58,919 bases of DNA, taken from positions 1-58,919 of the forward strand of contig DASSIJ010000277.1 of the NCBI GenBank assembly GCA_035692045.1, given 5' to 3'. Position 1 is the first letter of the stretch. Each line of letters begins with the position of its first letter. The notes beneath the pieces are model-generated. The model did not search any database. It was not told the DNA's origin and saw only the letters and a list, made by a program, of their open reading frames with translations. Shown in pieces: positions 37,801-45,900 of the stretch. The position numbers were made by a program, and so were the translations under genes. This DNA comes from Pseudolabrys sp. GTDB taxonomy: Bacteria; Pseudomonadota; Alphaproteobacteria; Rhizobiales; Xanthobacteraceae.

Positions 37801-39113
37801 AGGACGAGCGAATCTCCGGTCGAACGCAAGGTTGTGTTTACCTCGTCGGCGCGGGAAGCGATCGACTCGGCCAGACGCGTGCTCGTGTCGGTGAGGGCGT
37901 CAGTGAATTGTTGCGAGCGGTTCGCCATAGTTTCAATGGTGACGGATGATTTCTCCGCGAAGCCCTGGGCGACCTGATCGAGACGCGCACTCATCATCTG
38001 TTGCAGACGAGCCGCCAGCTCAGCGAATTCGTCGTGGACATGCTCGGTCTTGAAATTAAGGCTGGCAGACAGGCGGTCGCTTGCAGACGATATCGCCGTG
38101 GTGGCCTGATCGCTGGTTGTTTCCAGCTTCTCGAGCAGCGTCGAACCGCGCTCGCTCAGGGCATCAATCATGGAATCGCCGGCGTGGCCAAGTGCCAGGG
38201 TGATGTGTTCGCCCTTCTCGGTGAGTGAGCGGGTTACGCGTTGCGCCACCTCATTGACCTTATCGGCAACCAAATCGCCGACCGAGGTAACGTCGTGCGC
38301 AAGATCGAGGTGGACGCTGGCAATGGCGTTGCGGACGTGCTCGGCCTGGTTGACCAATGTTTCACGTTGATTGGTCAGCTCGGTGAGCAGATCGCGAATG
38401 CGGACCTCGTTGTCGTTGTAGGCGCGCTCGAGCGCCGAGACTTCGTTGTGCACCAGCGCCTCGAGCTCGGCGGCGCGGGCAAGCGCCCGTTCGACACCAT
38501 CGCCCATAGCTGCGACTTCGCGGCGGATCGCCTGGCCCACGGTGACAATCGACTCGTGCGCAACGGTCTCGGGTTGTGCAAGGCGCATCGCCACTTCGGC
38601 CATGGATTCAGCGACGACACGCATATCCTGGGCGCGGTTGAACATGTGGGCGAGCACGAAGAAGAAAATCACCGGCACGGCGATCGCGGCGGCGAGCGCG
38701 ACAATCGCGGCAAGGCCGACGCCCGGCGTCGCGAAAACGGACCGCATTTCGGCGCCATACAGGGTCGCAATGGCGATACCGCCCACGGCCCAAATGAAAC
38801 TGCCGACCGCAGCGGCGATGTACGGCCCGCGACCCGATCGGTAGCGCAGGGCCTGCAATATTTGTCCGATGCCGGCGCGGTCATCGTTGGCGGCCCGGCG
38901 CGGCACGGTTTCGCCGGTCGGCCAGGTGGCCGGGGGTGCTTCCTGCGGGAACAACTCGCCGGCCGGGGGTGTCGATGCGGCGGCGGCGTCACTCTCGGCA
39001 ACTGGCTCAAAAGGCGTTCCGGGGCGGGTCTCGGGCGCACGAATATTGAGGGCCTCCTGAATGGCAGAGAGAGCCTCTTCCGTCGCGTCTTTTGATTTAG
39101 GGATATTCGCCAT
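34893..39113 (-). CDS. Polar-growth scaffold, GPR/RgsE-like (two TM helices plus apolipoprotein-like helical repeats)
   Basis: 1406 aa; AANDDR, two TM helices, IRREVAAMGDGVERALARAAELEALVHNEVSALERAY, long helical repeats, C-terminal DIARMIDHDA..LWDRY.RGERNVFTRRLYT..TSETGKVYTMLAHAAGRFD. Confidence 0.8.
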   Translation of the reverse strand: MANIPKSKDATEEALSAIQEALNIRAPETRPGTPFEPVAESDAAAASTPPAGELFPQEAPPATWPTGETVPRRAANDDRAGIGQILQALRYRSGRGPYIAAAVGSFIWAVGGIAIATLYGAEMRSVFATPGVGLAAIVALAAAIAVPVIFFFVLAHMFNRAQDMRVVAESMAEVAMRLAQPETVAHESIVTVGQAIRREVAAMGDGVERALARAAELEALVHNEVSALERAYNDNEVRIRDLLTELTNQRETLVNQAEHVRNAIASVHLDLAHDVTSVGDLVADKVNEVAQRVTRSLTEKGEHITLALGHAGDSMIDALSERGSTLLEKLETTSDQATTAISSASDRLSASLNFKTEHVHDEFAELAARLQQMMSARLDQVAQGFAEKSSVTIETMANRSQQFTDALTDTSTRLAESIASRADEVNTTLRSTGDSLVLDLSLRGGDVVSKLEQTGARITDTITNRSDAVADTFRQSAESLVTALNSNSETVKDMLAARLQAFESMFNQGGTELTEKISRDASNLGNLITRHITEFDHTVKNYGGELVGRLGQRTQDVAEALRSYLDTFDQRVTGRTGEISSTLDERLAHFETVLGSRVSDIAKALTEGGKDVVEALDHRIGQVAGTINSRGVEVADSISAKIGEMDKTLGTRALEVANNLDSRIGRFEELLVGRAETVTSQIETRSKAAADALNARLEQLSQAIKVNSAEAERSLGQLALSTTEAIRNSAGEAERTLVGVSEEVARSFVGKAEEIATAVSRRTNEMTTVLSDKSGGVLAAITQKSDQFTRQVTGATDQAVKAIEERGFAFTRTMMDNSTEISRMINSAGEAATSAVTRTLTELNDVTQKAIAHSKDTATSSVKEMLETHTMLRTDTTALFERLREANILLQEVLSGSHENMGALENTLMLRVSEFVTAMNDITASTGAATGRVETNISNFRDITAQVITDLSQLARQFDIHGRELAKAVEVIDHSNQRAEDSVNERRVQLDSLVATLDIRTEDLEKRLSRFSGLLDESLEAASSRAREVARLVSEASAEGTRAISEQYERVRENAEEERLRATGAMRELYEQTTGDTHTLFHNANERFAEAVQGMKQMAAEMHRELETTRAELRRGVFELPQETAESAAQMRRVIVDQIEALAELNRIVARHGRNLDAVEPVRRVREEPTLAVIGGGRNEPAPRSEVPPRNEAPSRNEMPSRSETPPRGDSPPRPVQRSETGGGFAPAARRGSETPSPAAAPIAPGRGWLSDLLTRASREETDPQREFPREPARESAREPAPARGNEERPPRHTIESLDSLSVDIARMIDHDAAADLWDRYKRGERNVFTRRLYTLQGQQAFDDIRKKYRADREFKQTVDRYISEFERLLDEVSRDDRGQVVARTYLTSETGKVYTMLAHAAGRFD
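35472..35582 (-). repeat. Degenerate 18-bp (6-aa) tandem repeat within GPR-like gene
   Basis: RNEPAP-RSEVPP-RNEAPS-RNEMPS-RSETPP-RGDSPP. Confidence 0.7.
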
Positions 39114-39283
39114 AAGGTCGCCGCCTCGTCATTGCGCCGGACTTGTCGCCGGGGCTCGTACCGTAACGATAAAAGGGGGCCCCTGCCGCGAGAGCGGCAT
39201 TGCTGCGGCATTGACCGCGAGCTCCCCTGTTTATCGCCCGGCGGTCATCCTATCGCCTTGGCAATGCGAAGGAAACCACGCTG

Positions 39284-39320
39284 GTAAGGTCTTTTTAATC
39301 ATCGTTAACTGATTGCTAAC
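39284..39320. promoter_or_regulatory. Two CtrA-like boxes in the GPR/Hpt divergent promoter region
   Basis: GTAA-ggtcttt-TTAA (39284-39298) and TTAA-ctgattg-CTAAC (39305-39320) vs TTAA-N7-TTAAC. Confidence 0.6.
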
Positions 39321-39542
39321 CATAGCGAACGGGGCTCCCCCGGGTCTGCCAAAAGCGATCATGACCGCCGAACTGAACCCAAGTGTTGTCGCATGAGCGG
39401 CGCAACACGCCGCACGATTACACCGCCTTAACCACCAAAATTTTTGTCGGGTTTGCGCGGCTGTATTGGGCCCCGCATTTACCTGGATTTGGTCCCCTTC
39501 AGGCCAAAGTCCCCGGCAACAAAAAGACAGTGGGAGGCCGGG

Positions 39543-39920
39543 ATGGCGCAAGTCGCGGTCAGAATTTTCGAACAGGAAGCCGGAGCACTCAGAAGTGCCG
39601 TGCTGGATCGCAGCCATCTGGCGCGCATGACATTCGGCGACCGCAGCCTGGAACGGGAAGTCCTGCAACTGTTCGAACGGCAGGCCGAACTGCTGATGGC
39701 GCGAATGCGCCGGAGCGAGCCGGCCGCGATCGCTACGCTGGCGCACACGCTGAAAGGATCTGCCGCGAGCATTGGCGCCGGCGGTGTCGCCCGCGCCGCC
39801 GAGGATACCGAGCTGTCGGCGAGCCGCGCTCCGGCGGAATGTGGCCGCGCAATCGATCAGCTGGCAGAGGCAATTCAAGAGGCTCTTGTGGAGATCGGCG
39901 CCATATTGCGCACGCAATGA
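39543..39920 (+). CDS. Stand-alone Hpt domain protein
   Basis: LDRSHLARMTFGDRSLEREVLQLF, AHTLKGSAASIGA; GGGAGG RBS. Confidence 0.88.
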   Translation: MAQVAVRIFEQEAGALRSAVLDRSHLARMTFGDRSLEREVLQLFERQAELLMARMRRSEPAAIATLAHTLKGSAASIGAGGVARAAEDTELSASRAPAECGRAIDQLAEAIQEALVEIGAILRTQ

Positions 39921-40000
39921 CGGGGATGGCGCCCTCGCACGAATGACTATATAGAAGCCCGCGTCACCCTTGGCGCAGCCATTCCTGATATCCCTTCCAT

Positions 40001-40321
40001 ATGCCGAAGATCACTTATACCGACTCTAGCGGCACGGCCCGCACAGTCGAAGCCGACCTCGGTTCGACCGTGATGGAAACTGCCATCCGCAACAATATTC
40101 CCGGAATCGAGGCGGAATGCGGCGGCGCATGCGCCTGCGCGACGTGCCACGTTTATGTAGACGAAGCCTGGCGCGAAAAAGTTGGCGGGCCTTCTCCGAT
40201 GGAGGAGGACATGCTCGATTTCGGCTACGACGTTCGGCCAAACTCACGCCTCTCATGCCAGATCAAGGTGACCGACGAGCTTGACGGGCTGGTGGTGATG
40301 ACGCCAGACAAGCAGGCCTAG
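40001..40321 (+). CDS. 2Fe-2S ferredoxin (adrenodoxin/putidaredoxin type)
   Basis: [15 protein letters not shown] and SRLSCQI. Confidence 0.95.
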   Translation: MPKITYTDSSGTARTVEADLGSTVMETAIRNNIPGIEAECGGACACATCHVYVDEAWREKVGGPSPMEEDMLDFGYDVRPNSRLSCQIKVTDELDGLVVMTPDKQA

Positions 40322-40391
40322 ACTAAAGCGAATCGTGCGCGTGGAACCGGCCGGCGGCCGCGTTCCAATCTGGTCAACGCGAAGGTGGCAC

Positions 40392-41627
40392 GTGGCTTCG
40401 ATCAAAACCACCTGCTGTATCGCTGGCGGTGGTCCTGCCGGGATGATGCTCGGCTTCTTGTTGGCGCGCGCCGGCGTCCCCGTCGTTGTACTGGAAAAGC
40501 ATCCCGATTTCCTGCGCGATTTCCGCGGAGACACCGTGCATCCCTCAACGTTGGAGATGATGTACGAGCTCGGCCTCCTCGACGAATTCCTTAAGCTGCC
40601 GCACTCGGTGGTACGCCAGGTTTCCATGCAAATCGGCAAAGATCGCGTCGTCATCGGTCACTTCGAACACCTGCCAGTGCATTGCAAATTCATCGCGCTG
40701 ATGCCGCAATGGGATTTCCTCAATTTCATCGCCGGACACGCCAGGCGCTATCAGACATTCGATTTGCGCATGCGCGCTGAGGCGACCGGTTTGATCGAGG
40801 AGAACGGGCGCATCGTCGGCGTTCGCGCGAAGACGCCGGATGGCGAGCTGGACGTTCGCGCCGATCTCACCGTTGGCTGCGATGGCCGCCATTCCATCGT
40901 GCGCGTGAAGGCCGGCCTTGAAAGCGATGACTATGGCGCGCCGATGGACGTGATGTGGTTTCGTCTATCCCGCAAACCAAACGATTCCGAGGAAACGGTC
41001 GGCCATATTGAAGGTGGCCGCATGATCGTCATGCTCAATCGCAACGATTATTGGCAATGTGCTTATGTTATCCCGAAGGATACCGCCGACGAGGTCAAGC
41101 GCGCCGGGCTCGACAAATTCCGCGAAACAGTTGGCGAGATGTCGCCGTTCACCCGTGACCGGCTCGATGAAATCGACAGCTGGGACAAGGTGAAGCTGTT
41201 GACGGTGGCAGTCGACCGCTTGCGCCGCTGGTATCGGCCCGGATTGCTCTGCATCGGGGACGCGGCGCACGCCATGTCGCCGATTGGTGGGGTTGGTATC
41301 AATCTGGCAGTGCAGGACGCGGTTGCCGCCGCAAATATTCTTGCCGAGCCTCTGCGCCGCGGAACGGCAACGATCGAAACGCTCAGGCGCGTGCAGCAGC
41401 GTCGCGAATTTCCCACGCGTTTTACTCAACGCATGCAGATCGTCCTGCAAAATAACATCATCAGACCGGCGCTCGGGGGCAAGCAACCAAGAGCGCCGTT
41501 TTTCATGAAGCTGATGCAATGGCCGTTGCTGCGGCGCATTCCGGGGCGCGTGCTGGCGCTCGGGATAAGGCCGGAGCACATTCACACGCCGGATATATCA
41601 TCGCCCGCGCGCAACGCCGCGGCTTAG
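40392..41627 (+). CDS. FAD-dependent monooxygenase/oxidoreductase
   Basis: IAGGGPAG, RDFRGDT, GCDGRHS, IGDAAHAMSPIGGVGINLAVQDA. Confidence 0.9.
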   Translation: MASIKTTCCIAGGGPAGMMLGFLLARAGVPVVVLEKHPDFLRDFRGDTVHPSTLEMMYELGLLDEFLKLPHSVVRQVSMQIGKDRVVIGHFEHLPVHCKFIALMPQWDFLNFIAGHARRYQTFDLRMRAEATGLIEENGRIVGVRAKTPDGELDVRADLTVGCDGRHSIVRVKAGLESDDYGAPMDVMWFRLSRKPNDSEETVGHIEGGRMIVMLNRNDYWQCAYVIPKDTADEVKRAGLDKFRETVGEMSPFTRDRLDEIDSWDKVKLLTVAVDRLRRWYRPGLLCIGDAAHAMSPIGGVGINLAVQDAVAAANILAEPLRRGTATIETLRRVQQRREFPTRFTQRMQIVLQNNIIRPALGGKQPRAPFFMKLMQWPLLRRIPGRVLALGIRPEHIHTPDISSPARNAAA

Positions 41628-42364
41628 GGTTTCATCCCGGCCGGTGCAACTTGCGACGATTTGAGGCCCATCTCATCCAGGGCTTTGCGCACGAGCCCGG
41701 ACGCCTTCGCATCCTCGATGAAGTCGCTCACATAACCGAGCGCAGCCGGCTTGCCCTTCGGAACGCAAACGGCCGTGCTCGAATTGAGAAAAGCGTCGTC
41801 GAGAATGCGAGAGCCGGCGATTTTGCCGACCAGGCCGGACAGGGATTCCCGCGATAGGGCAATTGCTTCGATTTTGCTCTCGCGCATGGCGGCAACCGCG
41901 GCGTCGACTCCGGCAAAATCGATATGCGTTGCATTGGCGGTCGCTTTCTTCGCCGCGCGGAACGTCGCGGTGTTGGAGACACCACCAATACCAACGCCTT
42001 TGGCATCGGCATCCTTGACCGACTGAATTTTCGAACCAGGTGCGACGAGAAATGTGCTCTGCAGGAGATGATAGGCGTTGCCAAAATCGACAAATTTTTT
42101 GCGTTCCTCATCGACGGGAAGAAAGGCCACGTCCCAGCGGTTGGCCGCCGCCGAGTTCTGGATTTCGCCTGAAGCCTGGTGCGGAATGATCTCGAGCGGC
42201 ACGCCGAGCTTTGCGGCGAGCGCCCGGCCGAAGGTGACGGCAACGCCGCGATAGCTGTCGCCGTCCTTGATAGCGAACTGCGCCGACGGCGACGGCGCAA
42301 CGGCAATGGCAAGCCGAAGCTTTCCATTTGGGGCGAGTTCCTTCAATACCGCGGCATCGGCCAT
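41624..42364 (-). CDS. Family-3 substrate-binding-protein fold, no signal peptide
   Basis: LAPNGKLRLAI, WDVAFLPVDEER, FIEDAKASGLV; paralog of the adjacent gene. Confidence 0.8.
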   Translation of the reverse strand: MADAAVLKELAPNGKLRLAIAVAPSPSAQFAIKDGDSYRGVAVTFGRALAAKLGVPLEIIPHQASGEIQNSAAANRWDVAFLPVDEERKKFVDFGNAYHLLQSTFLVAPGSKIQSVKDADAKGVGIGGVSNTATFRAAKKATANATHIDFAGVDAAVAAMRESKIEAIALSRESLSGLVGKIAGSRILDDAFLNSSTAVCVPKGKPAALGYVSDFIEDAKASGLVRKALDEMGLKSSQVAPAGMKP

Positions 42365-42374
42365 CGTTGTCGTC

Positions 42375-43220
42375 TCACTTTGCGGCGGGGGGTGCCACGC
42401 TGGCCGACTGATTGGCGCGCTTAATCGCGTCGGCGACAAAGCCGGAGGCTTTGACGTCCTCGACGAAAGCCCGCAGATATTCGGCGCCCGCGGTGCGGCC
42501 CTTGGGCGTGCCCATGGCCTGCTGGATTTCCATGAAATGGCCATCCATGACCCGCACCTCCGGATGATCCTTGGCGTAGGCTACGAGCGGCTGCCTGACT
42601 CCAGCCGCAACTTCCAGCTTGTCATTCACGAACATATCGATCATCGCGCGTCCGCCGCCGGCCGGCGCGCGAACAACCGTGGCATTCTTTATGGTGCGCG
42701 TCAGAAAGAGGTCATAGGCCGACTTAAGACCAACCGCGATTCGCACGCCGGAACGGTCAACGTCGTTGATCGCCTTCAAAGGCGAATCCTTGGGCACCAT
42801 GTACGTGCCCTCGATGATGACGTAGGGCGCGCTGAACTCCATCTCGGCAGCACGCACCGGCTCGATCGCGACGAAGGCGATGTCCCATTCTCCAGTCCTG
42901 GCGGCGTCGAACACCTTGCCAGCGGCGGGGTAGGTCACCAGCTCGACTGGCACACCCAGCCGGCGGCCGAGCTCGCGTGCGAGATCGGGCGTAATGCCTT
43001 TGGGTTCACCGGTGGCAGGATCGGCCTCTGCAAGCACGGAATTGCCGAGGTTGATCGCCGCGTGCAGTTTTCCCCTGGGCGCGAGATCTTTTAAGACAGC
43101 ATCCATCACAGGCTCAGCAGAAAATGCGGGTGCAATGCCGCAAGACAGCGCCAGTGCGAATAGCGTGGTTCGCGACAATACGGTCCAAAGACCCCCAGCG
43201 ACGTCGGGTTTGATTTCCAT
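42375..43220 (-). CDS. Family-3 substrate-binding protein
   Basis: LAPRGKLHAAINLGN, WDIAFVAIEPVR, FVEDVKASGFVA; hydrophobic leader; start uncertain. Confidence 0.8.
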   Translation of the reverse strand: MEIKPDVAGGLWTVLSRTTLFALALSCGIAPAFSAEPVMDAVLKDLAPRGKLHAAINLGNSVLAEADPATGEPKGITPDLARELGRRLGVPVELVTYPAAGKVFDAARTGEWDIAFVAIEPVRAAEMEFSAPYVIIEGTYMVPKDSPLKAINDVDRSGVRIAVGLKSAYDLFLTRTIKNATVVRAPAGGGRAMIDMFVNDKLEVAAGVRQPLVAYAKDHPEVRVMDGHFMEIQQAMGTPKGRTAGAEYLRAFVEDVKASGFVADAIKRANQSASVAPPAAK

Positions 43221-43233
43221 TGCGCGGCGGAGC

Positions 43234-44580
43234 TTAGGCGATGTCGCCGCGTGATCCAAGATGGCTGGAAAAACGCAGGATCGCGATGATGACAGCGAAA
43301 ACGGCAATCCAAACCAGCCTGGCGCCATAGCGATCGTGCGGGTTGGACAAGACACCACAGATGAAGGCATTCGCGACAAGTGCCACGCCACAAGCGGCGG
43401 TCAAGTCGCCGACATCGGGAACCTTCCGGCGGGAGGAAAGCAGGACGAAGACGGGCAGCAGGGCCATGGCGATGAGTGCGACCGGATATTGCAATCGATT
43501 GATGGCGGCAAAGGGCATTTCGTCATTCTGCTGACGCGCCAGGTGCATAAATGACGCCAGCTTCGGCGTGTACTGCTCAATGATGCGATAGGTGTGCCAG
43601 ATGCCACCACCGACGCCTTCGCCTGTGTGGACGGCGATCATCTGCCTGGCGGTGGCAATGCCGGCAGTTTCGATCTGCAGGCCAGGGTATTCAATCATGC
43701 TGTTGAGAGCGATCGTCTGCATCTCCGCTCCGAGTCCATCGAACCGCCCAAGCCTGTCGAATAGCGGGCTGCCCCAGAACCAGACGTCGGCGTCGTCGGG
43801 GAGCCGGTCCTTGTAGGCGCAGAGCGTGAGCTTCGGGTCGGGGCAGTGGTCGTCGAGATATTTTTTGACGATACCATCTTGCAGCATGCGGCCGAATGAC
43901 AGCGCAAAGCCGCCTGGCGTCCACGCGAGACGTCTCGCCACGACGAAGTCCGCGGCAAAGACGAAAATGGTGCCCAGCGCGAGCGCCAGTACGCCATTGC
44001 CAATGCGCGTGAGCGGCATACGGTCCGGTTTGGCATGCCACAGGAAAATCGCGGCGACGACCAGCGTCAACAAAACAGCCATCGTGGCGCTGTGGGTCGC
44101 AACGCAAACGGCAATGAGCAGGGTCAGGGCGAAGCGCTCGTTGCGACTGAGACGACCGGGCCGCAGCAGCAAAAGGTAGAGTGCCAGGACGCCAAGTCCC
44201 GCGAAAATGTCGGTGAGAAGAATCGATGTCAGCCAGGGCAAGGTCGAGAGCACAGTCAGCGTCGTGACAACGACGAGCAATAACCACGGGCGCCCGCCGA
44301 ACCCGTGCGCGCGCAATACCAGTGCAATGATCCAGACAGTGAGCGCGGCTTGCGCCGCGACGACCGGCCAAAAAGCCGCAGGCGCGCCGGCATTGAGCAT
44401 GAGGCCGTAGACGACCGCTCGGCTGGGAACCAGCGTGCCTTCGTACCAGCGCGCAAGATAGCCGCCGGTGTCGTATTGCAGCAGCGGAAAGCCGTTCCAC
44501 AGGGCAGGCGCCTGCAGCAAAAGCCAGCAGCCACCGGCCGCGATCCATCGCGGCAGATAAGCGTTATCCCGCAGATACAT
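43234..44580 (-). CDS. Multi-pass membrane protein, possible GT-C-like glycosyltransferase
   Basis: WNGFPLLQYDTGGY first loop, LLTDIF, periplasmic Cys pair, NPHDRYGAR near the C-terminus; about 11-13 TM. Confidence 0.7.
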   Translation of the reverse strand: MYLRDNAYLPRWIAAGGCWLLLQAPALWNGFPLLQYDTGGYLARWYEGTLVPSRAVVYGLMLNAGAPAAFWPVVAAQAALTVWIIALVLRAHGFGGRPWLLLVVVTTLTVLSTLPWLTSILLTDIFAGLGVLALYLLLLRPGRLSRNERFALTLLIAVCVATHSATMAVLLTLVVAAIFLWHAKPDRMPLTRIGNGVLALALGTIFVFAADFVVARRLAWTPGGFALSFGRMLQDGIVKKYLDDHCPDPKLTLCAYKDRLPDDADVWFWGSPLFDRLGRFDGLGAEMQTIALNSMIEYPGLQIETAGIATARQMIAVHTGEGVGGGIWHTYRIIEQYTPKLASFMHLARQQNDEMPFAAINRLQYPVALIAMALLPVFVLLSSRRKVPDVGDLTAACGVALVANAFICGVLSNPHDRYGARLVWIAVFAVIIAILRFSSHLGSRGDIA

Positions 44581-44651
44581 GCAATAAGTTCCCCAGCCTG
44601 ACGCAGTGTTACCCGCTTGACGGACAACCCGGCTAGGGCGAATTGTCGCGC

Positions 44652-45827
44652 ATGTTTGTAACATTCTTCGCCGAACTCAAAAGCGCCGGCGTACCAGTGA
44701 CGCTGCGCGAATATCTCACGCTGATGCAGGCCATGGATGCTGACCTTGCCTCGCGCCGGGTGGAGGATTTTTATTACCTGTCTCGCGCGGCGCTCGTGAA
44801 AGACGAGCGCAACCTCGACAAGTTCGATCGCGTGTTTGGTCACGTGTTCAAAGGGCTGGAAACGCTTGATGGCGCGATCGAGGCCGAGATTCCGGCTGAA
44901 TGGTTGAAAAAGCTCGCCGAAAAATATCTCACCGAAGAAGAGAGGAAACAGATCGAGGCCATGGGAGGTCTCGACAAGTTGCTGGAAACGTTGCGCAAGC
45001 GTTTGGCCGAACAGAAAGGACGACATCAGGGCGGCTCGAAATGGATCGGCACCGCCGGCACGTCACCTTATGGTGCCTACGGCTACAACCCGGAAGGCAT
45101 TCGCATCGGCCAGGATTCCAATCGCAACTTTCGCGCAGTCAAAGTTTGGGACAAGCGTGAATTCAAGGATCTCGACGACGACGTCGAACTCGGCACCCGC
45201 AACATCAAACTCGCGCTACGCCGTCTTCGCAAGTTTGCGCGTACTGGCGCGCCGGAAGAACTCGATCTCGACGGGACCATCAAAGGTACGGCGCACAAGG
45301 GATACCTCGACATCCTGATGCGGCCGGAGCGGCACAATGCGGTGAAGGTGCTGTTGTTCTTCGACATCGGCGGATCGATGGATTGGCACATCAAGTCCAC
45401 CGAAGAATTGTTCTCGGCGGCGCGCACCGAGTTCAAGCATATGGAATATTTTTACTTCCATAACTGTCTCTATGAGCGGGTATGGAAGGAGAATCGACGC
45501 CGCTTTCAGGCGACCACACCGACGTGGGACGTGCTGCACACATATCCGCACGACTACAAAGTGATTTTCGTCGGCGATGCGTCAATGTCTCCGTACGAGG
45601 TTGTGGCCCAGGGAGGATCGGTCGAGCACTACAACGACGAACCCGGCGCGCTCTGGCTCGAGCGCGTGACGCGCACCTACCCGGCCTGTGTCTGGCTCAA
45701 TCCGGTACCGGAGAAGGAGTGGGGCTTCACCCAGTCAATCACCATGGTGCATCAGTTGATGGGCGGACGAATGTATCCGCTCACGCTGGACGGGCTCGAC
45801 CGTGCGACGCGCGAACTGGCGCGCTAG
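44652..45827 (+). CDS. VWA-domain protein (CoxE-like MoxR partner)
   Basis: GGSKWIGTAGTSPYG, LDLDGTI, DIGGSM MIDAS-like, FVGDASM, WLNP. Confidence 0.9.
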   Translation: MFVTFFAELKSAGVPVTLREYLTLMQAMDADLASRRVEDFYYLSRAALVKDERNLDKFDRVFGHVFKGLETLDGAIEAEIPAEWLKKLAEKYLTEEERKQIEAMGGLDKLLETLRKRLAEQKGRHQGGSKWIGTAGTSPYGAYGYNPEGIRIGQDSNRNFRAVKVWDKREFKDLDDDVELGTRNIKLALRRLRKFARTGAPEELDLDGTIKGTAHKGYLDILMRPERHNAVKVLLFFDIGGSMDWHIKSTEELFSAARTEFKHMEYFYFHNCLYERVWKENRRRFQATTPTWDVLHTYPHDYKVIFVGDASMSPYEVVAQGGSVEHYNDEPGALWLERVTRTYPACVWLNPVPEKEWGFTQSITMVHQLMGGRMYPLTLDGLDRATRELAR

Positions 45828-45900
45828 TATGAGCCGACGTTTTCGGAAGCACCGGGCGTGATTGCCCGGTGCCGTGCTGTTCCCGGCTCAAACGCGCGCT

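Noticed and set aside
36555-39095. Long plus-strand ORFs (374 and 284 aa)
   Set aside because: Antisense shadows of the GPR-like gene
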